A stretch of DNA of 64,000 bases, from assembly GCA_951406725.2 (NCBI GenBank), contig OX597822.1, forward strand, positions 92,132,001 to 92,196,000, in the 5' to 3' direction. The notes beneath the pieces are model-generated. The model worked only from the letters and a program-made list of their open reading frames with translations. It searched no databases and was not told where the DNA came from. Positions 14,036 to 25,374 of this stretch are shown here, in pieces. Position numbers and translations under genes: made by a program. The stretch is from Octopus vulgaris (taxonomy: Eukaryota). Position 1 is the first letter of the stretch. Each line of letters begins with the position of its first letter.

Positions 14036-14180
14036 TCTACCGGTGAATATGTTACATTATAAGGCACAAAAAGAAAATGACTCTCCCCAGACAGCGAGAT
14101 ATATATATATACATTTTTAGTTGTATACAAACCCTTATATATATATAATGTACCTTTATGAATGTATCTGTGTGTGTATA

Positions 14181-15825
14181 TCATCATCGTCGTTTAGCGT
14201 TCGCTTTCCATGCTGGTAAGGGTTGGGCAGTTTGACTGAGGCTGGCAAGCCAGAAGGCTGTACCAGGCTCCAATCTGATCTGGCAATGTTTCTACAGCTG
14301 GATGCCCTTCCTAACGCCAACCACTCCAAGAGTGGTGCTTTTTATTCGCCACCAGCATGAGGGCTAGTCAGGCGGTACTGGCATTGACCACGCTTGAATG
14401 GTGCTTTTTACATGCTACCAGTTCGGAACCAGTCAGTTGGCACCGGCATTGACCATACTTGAATGATGCTTTTTACATACCACCAGCATGGGAGCCAGTC
14501 AGGCGACACTGGCAACAATCACACTCGACTAGTGCTTTTAATGTGCCACTGGCATGGGTGCCAATCAGGTGGTACTGTCATCGGCCACGACAATGATTTC
14601 ACTTACCTCAACAGGCCTGCGCAAGTGCAGTTTATTGCCCAATGATTGAAGGGTACTCTTAAATGGGCTGGTTAGACAGCAGTGGCACAGGCCATGGTTA
14701 CGGTCTCACTTGGCTTGCTGGATCTTCTCAAGCACAGCATATCTCCAAAGGTCTCGGTCACTTGGCCCTACCTCTTCCACATGTTCCCTCTACTGCTAGG
14801 GTGTGACACATTTTCACACAGCTGTCCTCATCCATATGCAAAACATGACCATACCAGTGCAGTTGTTTCTCTTGCACACTACATCTGATGCTTCTTAAGT
14901 CCAACTTTTCTCTCAGGGCACTTAAACTCTGTCATGTATGCACACTAACATTACACATTCAGCGGAGTATACTGGCTTTATTCCTTGCAAGCTTACACAT
15001 TTCCTTAGCAGTCACAGACCATGTTTTACTGCTATGTAGTATAGCTGTTCACGCATATGCGTCATACAGTCTACCTTTTACTCTGAGTGAGAGACCCTAT
15101 GTCACCAGCAGAGGTAGGAGCTCTCTGAACTTTGCCCAGGCTATTCTTATTTTAGTGACTATACTTTCAGAGCATCCACCCACCGCTACTGACTTGGTCA
15201 CCTAGGTAACGGAAGCTATCAACTACTTCTAGTTTTTCCCCTTGCAATGTAACGGAAGCTGTTTTCTGCACATTTTCAGTGTTTATTGCTCCTGAACATT
15301 TGCCACACAACTATCTACCCAGTTAGCCTTCCTTTGATATTGCTGCACCTCTTATGTGTGCATAGCTTACACTGGGTACATCTTATAGAGTTTCTACCTA
15401 TGTTTTTTCTACAGATCAAGCAGGGCCATCTACCTGAAGGGATTTGTGGTTTGTCTGCCTTCCTACTTAAGACTTTGATTTTTGCTAGATTGACTTTAAA
15501 TCCCTTCGATTCTAGACCTTGCTTCCACACTTGAAAATTTGTCTCTAGTTCTGGTAGTGACTTGGCTATTAGAGCGGTCATCAGCATAGAGGAGCTCCCA
15601 GGGGCATCCTGCCTTGAATTCCTCTGTTATTTTCCTGGAGGACTGTGATGAGTAAGAGGGGGCTGAGGACTGATCGTTGGTGGACCCCTACTCCTACCTT
15701 GAATTCTTCACTGTACTCATTGGCAACCCTCACCTTTGTACAGCTCTCACTAACCATTCATCTGTCCCTAGTTTCTGCATTGACCACCAGATAAGAGATG
15801 GGGGGACCCTGTCAAAGGCTTAGAT
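14181..15825 (-). mobile_element. RTE-clade LINE, 5'-truncated and degenerate
   Basis: Reverse complement of the RT and 3' UTR at 25375-27441, including [22 protein letters not shown] and the (GAT)n tail. Confidence 0.9.
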
Positions 15826-15967
15826 AAGGGATCAGGGGGGACCTTGTTAAATGCTTAGATAAGCATTTATATCACTATAAATTAATGTGAGGGCTTTTGA
15901 TCTGTTTGATCCTATGTAAATGTATGTGTGTATATATGGGTATACATGTATATATGTATGTTTTGTA

Positions 15968-16016
<49 letters not shown>

Positions 16017-17067
16017 GTACATATACACATATATAAATTTAAATCAAGCAGAAAATATGTATGTATTGTCATCGTACATGTAATTCTTGAATATATATGT
16101 ATGAATATGTATATGTACATGTAATATGTATGTGTATAAGGGTGTAAAAAGATTTATGAATAAGTGTGTGTTACCTATAATTGTTAATATAAATGTATAT
16201 TAATACCTTACTATACGTGTAGATATATGAATGTGTATGTGCATATGTACATATGTATATATAAGCTTTTTCATGCGAGTGTACTTTATACATATATATA
16301 TTTGTACCCACTGTTTGTGTGTGTTTAATGCTTGAATATGTGTATTTTTACATATATACATATATTATTACCAAGATGTATATATGTGTTTTTGTGTATA
16401 TATGTATATGCACTGTATAAAAAGATGAAGGTTCTTCATGACTAGGATTATTTTATGCTTTATCTATTTTTCACATTAATTTCTCTCAATTTTATAAACA
16501 ATTTATAAACATATTCATTTATTTATTCTCTCATGTAAACAATAATATTATTTACTTTAACTCACTAACATTTATTTATTTACTTACCAATTATTACCCT
16601 GATTTTATCAATATTATCCATTACTACCTATTACCTCCTGGCCCAGATATAACCCATTAGTAGTAACTAAATGATATTCAGTCTGTTGAGATGATTTGGA
16701 AACATAACACATGATAACATAATGGTATCTCTTTCCTACTCCTCCTATGAGATTTTACCTAAAAGAATGATTTGATTATTGGAATTTAATCTTTGGCCAA
16801 AATTGAAACAGCTGTAAGAGAATATGTTGGATTTTTGCAGTTAATGAATTATATTAATGCTACATCTCCATTTTCTGAATATATATATATATATATATAT
16901 ATAGTGACGTATATTTGCCATTTCAATATGGCTACCCCTAAGGGTGGATGCTACAGTAGTTTTTAGCCCCAGGAGGACACACTCCTCCAGCTGGCCATAG
17001 ATGCACTTTCTGTGTCCTGTCAGTATTTGCAAAGGGAAGTCATCCTTCCCGTCTTCAACTTATGATA

Positions 17068-17112
17068 CACACGGACTCGAGTTTCGAGGTATTGACCTCT
17101 CGTCAGCGTGTG
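17068..17112 (-). ncRNA. Type-I hammerhead ribozyme (left arm)
   Basis: Exact reverse complement of 17437-17481. Confidence 0.9.
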
Positions 17113-17436
17113 ACAATCATAGTTGTCGGCGAGAATTAGATTTCCTTCACAAATACTTATACTTTTTCCAGCGTCCACTGTCGCTGATATTGAAAAAGTG
17201 AAATCAAACAATGATAAATATCAAAGTGAGTTATATACAGTAGCGGTAACACATCGTGACGTATATTTGCCATTTCAATATGGCTACCCCTAAGGGTGGA
17301 TGCTACTGTAGTATATAACTCACTTTGATATTTATCATTGTTTGATTTCACTTTTTCAATATCAGCGACAGTGGACGCTGGAAAAAGTATAAGTAATTGT
17401 GAAGGAAATCTAATTCTCGCCGACAACTATGATTGT

Positions 17437-17481
17437 CACACGCTGACGAGAGGTCAATACCTCGAAACTCGAGTCCGTGTG
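17437..17481 (+). ncRNA. Type-I hammerhead ribozyme (right arm)
   Basis: CACACG-CTGACGA-GAGGT CAAT ACCTC-GAAAC TCGA GTC^-CGTGTG. All core nucleotides are canonical. Stem I extends to about 17424-17492. Predicted cleavage is after C17475. Confidence 0.9.
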
Positions 17482-17691
17482 TATCATAAGTTGAAGACGG
17501 GAAGGATGACTTCCCTTTGCAAATACTGACAGGACACAGAAAGTGTGTCTATGGCCAGCTGGAGGAGTGTGTCCTCCTGGGGCTAAAAACTACAGTAGCA
17601 TCCACCCTTAGGGGTAGCCATATTGAAATAGCAAATATACGTCACGATGTGTTACTGCTACTGTATATAACTCACTTTGATATTTATCATT

Positions 17692-17728
17692 ATATATATA
17701 TGTATGTATGTATGTATGTACCTATATG

Positions 17729-17765
<37 letters not shown>

Positions 17766-17818
17766 ATGTATGTATGTACCTATATGTATATATGTGTGTG
17801 TATGTATGTACCTATATG

Positions 17819-17849
<31 letters not shown>

Positions 17850-18217
17850 ATGTATGTATGTATGTACCTATATGTATATATATATGTGTGTGTGTATGTA
17901 TGTATGTATGTACCTATATGTATATATATGTGTGTGTGTGTATGTATGTATGTATGTACCTATATGTATATATATGTGTGTGTATGTATGTACCTATATG
18001 TATATATATATATATATATGTGTATATATATGTATGTACCTATATGTATATATATATATATATATATGTGTGTGTATATATATGTATGTATGTACCTATA
18101 TGTGTATATATATATATGTGTGTGTGTGTGTGTATGTATCAACATATATATGTATGTGTATATTTATATATGTATAGGTATGTATTTGTTGTTTTTATGT
18201 ATATATACATATATATA
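17692..18217. repeat. Compound (TA)/(TG)/(TATG) microsatellite
   Basis: Direct reading; a recurring GTACCTATAT subunit. Confidence 0.95.
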
Positions 18218-18539
18218 TCGGTGCAGGAGTGGGTGTATGGTAAGTAGCTTTGCTTACCAACGACATGGCTCCGGGTTCAGTCCCACTGCATGGCACCTTG
18301 GGCATGGTTAATGAGAGAGACGGAAGATACGAGAATATTTGTTAATCATTACAATTGATTCAGCCCATCTAGCATCAGTCCCTTACGGGTGGGATACTTT
18401 ACAACTAGTTTAGGAACATTCCTTGGTCTAGATGTGTCTCTTTGGATGATAAGTAGAGAGAATTTGTTAAAATAACAACTGTTCTTCTTGGTTCATGTAA
18501 AGAAAAGTAGCAGATTATGTATGCGTGTGTGTGTGTGTG

Positions 18540-18588
<49 letters not shown>

Positions 18589-18997
18589 TTATACTTATAT
18601 ATATACATTTATACCTGAGTGAACACATATATGTGAAACCAGGAGGGGGAAAAATACCAGTGTTTGAGTAATATGCTTTATTATTAATCAGCAAAAACAT
18701 CACAAGAATATCACAAAAAACTGCTATCAAGGTTATACATATAATTTATATTTTGACATGATTCACATTGACAGTTACACATTAGAAATTGATTGGTTGT
18801 TTCCAATAACAGTCTGTCAGAAGTATGCAAGTTGAGAGTAAATATACAAATAGAGATAAAAAGAAAAAGAAAATTGCATAAATATTGTGTTGTATAAAAT
18901 CAAGGAAGACATTGAGTCAAAACGAAATTTTAAGTTAAAAATACATCATGTATGTCCAGAGAAAATTTATTAATGGTAAATATATGTATACTTCTAT

Positions 18998-19420
18998 AGG
19001 CGTAGGAGTGGCTGTTTGGTAAGTAGCTTGCTTATCAACCACATGGTTCCGGGTTCAGTCCCACTGCATGGCACCTTGGGGAAGTGTCTTCTACTATAGC
19101 CTTGGGCCAACCAAAGCCTTGTGAGTGTATTTGGTAGACGGAAACTGGAAGAAACCTGTTGTATATGTGTGTGTATATATATATACATATATATATATAT
19201 GTATGTATGCGTGTGTATATGTTTGTGTGTCTGTTTGTTCCCCCAACATCGCTTGACAACCGATGCTGGTGTGTTTACATCCCCGTAACTTAGCGGTTCG
19301 GCAAAAGAGACTGATAGAATAAGTACTAGGTCTACAAAGAATAAGTTGTGGGGTCGACTTGCTCGACTAAAGGCGGTGCTCCAGCCTGGCCACAGTCAAA
19401 TGACTGAAACAAGTAAAAGA
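18998..19420 (+). mobile_element. Full-length SINE (6910 family)
   Basis: Near-identical head, body and tail. Confidence 0.9.
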
Positions 19421-20601
19421 GAGTAACGTGTGTAAATAATATAAATATAAGTTTGTTTTAAAATTTTTTGAACCAATGGGTTGAGAAAGCTTGTAGATAT
19501 TAATAAAAAAGTAATGGGTTTCTTTTAATATAAGCAACTCATACATACACATACATATAAAAATACATGTATAAAAAAACTATATACTTATATATACGAA
19601 ATACATGTGCATATATTCACATAAATACATAAACACATGCATATACATAAATATACTTATACCTACACATAAGTATACATACACTCATACAAATATAAAA
19701 AATATTTACACATAGGCATACATACAAATACAGGTGCATATGCAGCAATTTATGTACAGAAAAGTTTTGTTTTTTTTTAATTTATAAAATTTTGATAAAC
19801 CTCTTCCTCTAAACATAATTATAATAACTATAATAATAATGATGCATATAAAGAATAACAGAATAGAATTCAATTTATAAGATTATCTCTATCTATAAAC
19901 TATATAATATAACCTAAAAACAATTTCAAAGGTGACTACCTCTTTTAATAACCACGTGGTTCTTACTGCCTAGTAATTATTCACTACTACTATTAATAAC
20001 CTTCTCAAAAACTCAAATAATATTATCAGTTCTGAAATCTATCAACATGTCATGACTATAAAGTATGTAAAATTAATCAAAAATAAGCATTGTATAAATA
20101 CCCACTCCCCAACTAGCCAAGAATATTTGCTAATTTCAACAAATACTACTGCTGCTACTGAATTTTGTGCTAACAATGCGTTTAGAAAAATATCTCATCA
20201 TAGAAGAATCACTTTCTATTGAAAGAACTGACCAGCCGTATAAAAGTAAGCACATTTTTTTTCTTCTTTCTCTCTTCCTTCTTCCTTTCCTTCTCTTTTC
20301 CATTGACACTCCTTTCAGATACAAAGGCAGACACACACACATGCACTCTCTCTCACTTTCGTCCCATTCCTCACCCTCTTTTACTATCTTATATCTCTAT
20401 CCAACCCTACACACTCAATAATACTTACTACTACTACTGCCAAGCCTAATTCAAACTAATAGCAGAGAAAAATTCCTCTTCAAACAGTGTCATACACACC
20501 TTGAAGAGACTGTACTAATAATGCATAAATATGCAACAGTTATAAATATGCAACAGTTATGCAGTTAGTGTGATTGAAACGTGGCAGATAATTATTATGA
20601 A

Positions 20602-20899
20602 CTAGCAGTATCGCCCGGCGTTGCTCGGGTTTGTAAGGGAAATAACTATATAAGCATTTTTAGAGAGTTACTTCCCTTATATAAACCGAGCAAAAAATGC
20701 ATTAAAAATGCGAAAAAATGATGGTAAATTTTTTTTAAAAATCGTAGACTCATCGTAGACACATGCAGAAGGGTTTGATATGAATCACGACTATAAGATA
20801 CCCGCTTTTGGTTAAACTGCACTGCAAAATGTGGGAGTAGTTTGGAATCTAAATCGGAGGAGACAGACACACACACAACTTCAGTTTTATATATAAAGA
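20602..20899 (-). mobile_element. Non-autonomous Helitron-type element
   Basis: Shorter reverse-complement copy of 7797-8192, with TC and CTAG ends. Confidence 0.8.
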
Positions 20900-21137
20900 T
20901 AACCTTATTGGAAATAAACATAAAGTTTGAATGTTCAAATTCTTCATTCTCCTTATCAATATTGTACTTTACCCTCTAAGTAGCCAAGAAATAAACTGTA
21001 ACATCAAATGGGAGCTAAAGGTAGTTTGCCAAAAGATATACTATCTGAAGGAACTAGCCTTAGTTTTTCACCCAAAGATTTGATATCTGCCTGGATAGTA
21101 TGTCCCTCCTCTTTACATATGTATGTCTGTGTATATA

Positions 21138-21176
<39 letters not shown>

Positions 21177-21354
21177 GAAATTATCAGGAAAAGAAAAGAC
21201 GAAGACAGGTGTATGGGCAACAAGCTGGTGTATTAGTTTGATGCTTGGGAAAGTGAGAAACTCTTTTGTTTTGAGTCAGCGTTTTTCAACAGAAAGGAAT
21301 AAGAGGGAGTAGAGAGAGATTAAAAAAACTTGTGGATTTAGCAATCTTCTATTT

Positions 21355-21750
21355 TTTCAGTCATTTTCATTGTAGCCATGCTGGAGCACCACCTTGAAGG
21401 GTATTAGATGAACAAATTGCCCTCAAGACTTATTTCTTAAGCCTAGTATTCTATCTCTCTCTCTTTTGCTGGACTGCTAAGTTACTGGTTATAACACATT
21501 AATACTGGTTGTTAAACAGGGATGGGGGGGGGGGGGCAAACAGACTTCCCTCTCTCTCTCTTTCGGAGAGACACAAGCACCTACACGCACATATACATAC
21601 ACGGCAGTAACTTCCGCCTACCGAATTCAATCAAAGCTTCGGTCAGCTCGGGGTTATAGCAGAAGACACCTGCCCAAAGTGCCACGCAGTGGAACTGAAC
21701 CCGAAACCACATAGCTAGGAAGCAAGCTCCCTAACCACACAGCCATGCCC
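21355..21750 (-). mobile_element. SINE, diverged or composite
   Basis: Reverse complement of the SINE tail and head. Confidence 0.7.
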
Positions 21751-21952
21751 ATATATAGATAGATACGCACACATACACACACAAAAACAAACGACTTTTT
21801 TTAGTTTCTATCTTCGAAAACCACTCAAGGATTTGTTTGGCTGTGGCTATAGTAGAAGACACTCTCTCAAAGTGCCAAATAGTGGGACTGATCCCAGAAC
21901 CATGCAGTTGGGAAGCAAACTTCTTACTACACAGCCATACCTATATACACAA

Positions 21953-22495
21953 AATAAAGTTTACTTGCCAACATAAAGTGGCAGTCCTGTGTAGGACTGT
22001 GTTACTACTTTTTAACACCAGGAAAACATCTTTTCCAGCTGATTATTGACACATGATCTGTGTCTGAGATATATTGTAAGGGAGCGTACTACTCTCTTCT
22101 AGCCATTAGTTGTGCCAACAGACCAATGGTTTCTGGGTAATTTCCTGTCATCAGTTCTAGACAACAGCCACTTGACATTACTCAGAGTATATAAATATAG
22201 AAGCAACAGACAGTCGCTGATCTTGTAAGGAGAAAGACTACTAGTTTTAAATCTCTAAATGAGATCTATGTAATAATAGTACTGTATAGTAAAGTTTGTA
22301 TGCTAAGATAAAGTGGCAGTCCTGCATATGACTATGTTACTGCTTTTTAACCCCAGGAAAACATCTTTTCCAGCTGGTTATTGACACATGATGTGTGTCT
22401 GAGATATACTGTAAGTAAGCCTACTAGCTATTAGTAGTACCAGCAGACCAATAGTTTCTGGGTAATTGCACATTGTTGGTACTGCTAATGGCTAT
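21953..22495 (-). repeat. ~335-bp tandem unit (about 1.6 copies) with decayed HHR, related to the 352-bp unit
   Basis: ATAAAGTGGCAGTCC at 21973 and 22308. Minus strand 22162-22114 reads CTAGAA-CTGATGA-CAGGAAATTACCCA-GAAAC CATTG GTC-TGTTGG. Confidence 0.75.
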
Positions 22496-22659
22496 AAGGG
22501 AGTAGTAAGTGGGTATGTGAGGAGGGAGGGGGAGAGAAGGAGAGTGAGGGAGCAGAGAGAAAGAGAGAAGGGAGAAGAGAGTAGAGGAGAAGAGGGAAAG
22601 AGAGTAGGGATGAAACGATGTAGGAGTGAAGAGAAGTAAGAGTCGGGGAGGAGGTTAGA

Positions 22660-23472
22660 TGAAAAGGAGGGGAGGGTTGAGCCCAAAGGGCTTAAAAGAG
22701 CGAAGAGAGAAGATTAATCCCTGTTCACGGTGCAGGGCGAGAGCAGGGGAGCGAGCCAGGCTGGGAGGTAGGGTTGGGGAAGAAGCTGTGGACCAAGAGG
22801 TCTCGTAGGTTATGGGCTCGTTTGAAGGATGGGAGGGGTCAGTTAGGGAAGATGTGTGAAGTGGACGGGTTGGACTGGAGATGCCGGAAAGCTCGAAGAA
22901 TGGTGTGTTGGAGAGGTAGGGTGGTGGGGTGTTAAGTGAGGGGAAAAGGGAGGCGGGAGACTGCAGGGCGGGAGAGAGCAGATGCACGGTCTATGGAACG
23001 TGCTCTGGCAAGGGCGGTGTGGATAGTGGTGAGGGGGTATCCATGTAGTATGAAGTGGTAAGCCATGAGTTGAGACTGAGTCTCAAAGTCATGGTCGTCA
23101 CTACAGAGCCTGCGTAGACGAAGGAATTGGGAATAGGGGATGGAAAGCTTGGTGTGTTTGGGGTGGGAGGAGGAGAAGTTTAAGTATGAGTGTGAGTCTG
23201 TGTGTTTGTAGTGAATGGAGGTGGTAAGAGTGGAGTGATGAATGCTGACCGAAATGTCGAGGAAGGAGACAGAGGTGTCAGAGATAGTGGAGGTGAAGTG
23301 GAGGGCAGGATGGAAGGATTTAACGAAAGAGAGGAAGGAGTCTAGATGTTTGCAGGAGAGTGAGGTGGCACCGATACAGTCGTCAATATAACGACCATAT
23401 AGTTCGGGAGTGGGACCAGTGAAACTAGAGAATATTTGGACCTCAATATAGCCAACGAACAGGTTCGCATAG
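22660..23472 (-). mobile_element. Penelope-like element RT fragment with endonuclease tail
   Basis: YANLFVG..ELYGRYIDDCIG..SFLDISV..YKHTDSHSYLNFSSSHP..SIPYSQFLRLRRLCS, then REQGLIFSLRSFKPFGLN (GIY-YIG C-terminal end). Confidence 0.9.
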
Positions 23473-23473
23473 T

Positions 23474-23508
<35 letters not shown>

Positions 23509-23716
23509 TTCAATGGATGAATGAATTATCCTATGTTTACCGTTAACATGGAAAATTCAATAAACCGTTACCAGGGTAGCAAAATTCACGTCACAAATAC
23601 GGTTGAAGCGACCTATCCAAAGGTAGAACCACTGGGTTAATGTGCAGTAATTTGTGTGTTATAAATGAATAAATAAATAAATGGAGTTGAACGAAGATCT
23701 TAATAAAATTCTTTTA

Positions 23717-23798
23717 CTTTCGACATATGTTTCAAAGACAACATGGTTTTCTTCCAAAGGAATAAACGGTATTAAATGCAATCTTCTCATCAGGAAAG
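23717..23798 (-). ncRNA. Type-I hammerhead ribozyme with long stem II
   Basis: CTTTC-CTGATGA-GAAGATTGCAT...ATGTTGTCTTT-GAAAC ATAT GTC^-GAAAG. Stem III is the palindrome ACATATGT. Confidence 0.8.
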
Positions 23799-24266
23799 AA
23801 AGAGAGCCTCTCTCAATAACAAGACATTATAACAATTACGATGACTTTATGTATATATTCATTTATGTATATATATATATATGTATGTATGTATATGTAT
23901 GTATGTATGTATATATATGTATGTATGTATGTATGTTTGTATGTATATGTATGTATATGTATGTGTATGTATATATATGTATGTATATATGTATGTATAT
24001 ATGTATGTATATATATATATATGTATGTATATATATATATTGTATGTATATATATATATATGTATGTATATATATATATGTATGTATGTATATATACATG
24101 GAAAATTCAATAAACCGTTACCAGGGTAGCAAAATTCACGTCACAAACACGGTTGAAGTGACCTATCCTAAGGTAGAACCACCGGGTTACTGTGCAGTAA
24201 TTTGTGTGTTATAAATGAATAAATAAATAAATGGAGTTGAACGAAGATGTTAATAAAATTCTTTTA

Positions 24267-24345
24267 CTTTCGACATATGTTTCAAAGACAACATGGTTTT
24301 CTTCAAAAATAAACGGTGTAAAATGCAATATTCTCATCAGGAAAG
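24267..24345 (-). ncRNA. Type-I hammerhead ribozyme, tandem partner
   Basis: Same core and stems I and III as 23717-23798; a few changes in stem and loop II. Confidence 0.75.
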
Positions 24346-24411
24346 AAGAGAGCTCTCTCAATAACAAGACATTATAACAATTACGATGACTTTATGTATA
24401 TATTCATTTAT

Positions 24412-24414
24412 GTG

Positions 24415-24451
<37 letters not shown>

Positions 24452-24563
24452 GTATATGTATATATGTATGTATGTATATGTATGTATATGTATGTATGTA
24501 TGTATGTATATGTATGTATGTATATGTATGTATGTATATGTATGTATATATATATATGTATGT

Positions 24564-24617
<54 letters not shown>

Positions 24618-25374
24618 TTGTATGTATATATTTATTATTGGCCCATGTATGTCTATATAGCATGTATATATATATGTATATATATATGTATATATATATA
24701 TGTATATATGTATGTATATATATATGTATGTATGTATGTATATATATATGTATGTATGTATGTATATATATATATATATATGTATGTATATATGTATATA
24801 TATGTATGTATGTATATATGTATATATATGTATGTATATATATATGTGTATATATATATGGGTATATATATGTGTATATATATGTGTATATATATATGTG
24901 TATATATATATGTGTATATATATATATGTATATATATATATATGTATATATATATGTATGTATATATATATCTATGTATATATATATATCTATGTATATA
25001 TATATATGTATATATGTATGTGTATATATATATGTATGTATGTATATATATGTATGTATGTATATATATGTATGTATGTATATATATGTATGTATGTATA
25101 TGTATGTATGTATATGTATGTATGTATATATATGTATGTATGTATATATATGTATGTATGTATATGTATGTATGTATATGTATGTATGTATGTATATATG
25201 TATATGTATATATGTATGTATGTATATATGTATGTATGTATGTATATATATATGTATGTATGTATATATGTATGTATGTATATATGTATGTATGTATGTA
25301 TATATATATATGTATGTATGTATATATATATATGTATATATATATGTATGTATGTATATATATATATGTATGTA
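24412..25374. repeat. ~1 kb (TA)/(TATG) microsatellite
   Basis: Direct reading. Confidence 0.95.

Larger units (their letters stand above)
16904..17691. repeat. 352-bp tandem unit folded into a 334-bp inverted repeat
   Basis: GTGACGTATATTTGCC starts at 16904 and again at 17256. Arms 16904-17237 and 17312-17645 are reverse complements with about 5 mismatches by eye, separated by a 74-bp spacer. Confidence 0.95.
23546..24411 (-). repeat. Two tandem ~320-bp pLTR-like units separated by microsatellite
   Basis: ACATGGAAAATTCAATAAACCG at 23546 and 24096. Each unit carries an HHR. Confidence 0.9.

Noticed and set aside
17020-17529. Duplicated 63-aa ORFs MFDFTFSIS..
   Set aside because: They are by-products of the inverted repeat, start at non-ATG codons and overlap the HHR; no recognisable domain.
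17517-18311. Many Y/I/C/V/M-rich ORFs here and elsewhere
   Set aside because: They are translations of (TA)/(TG) microsatellites.
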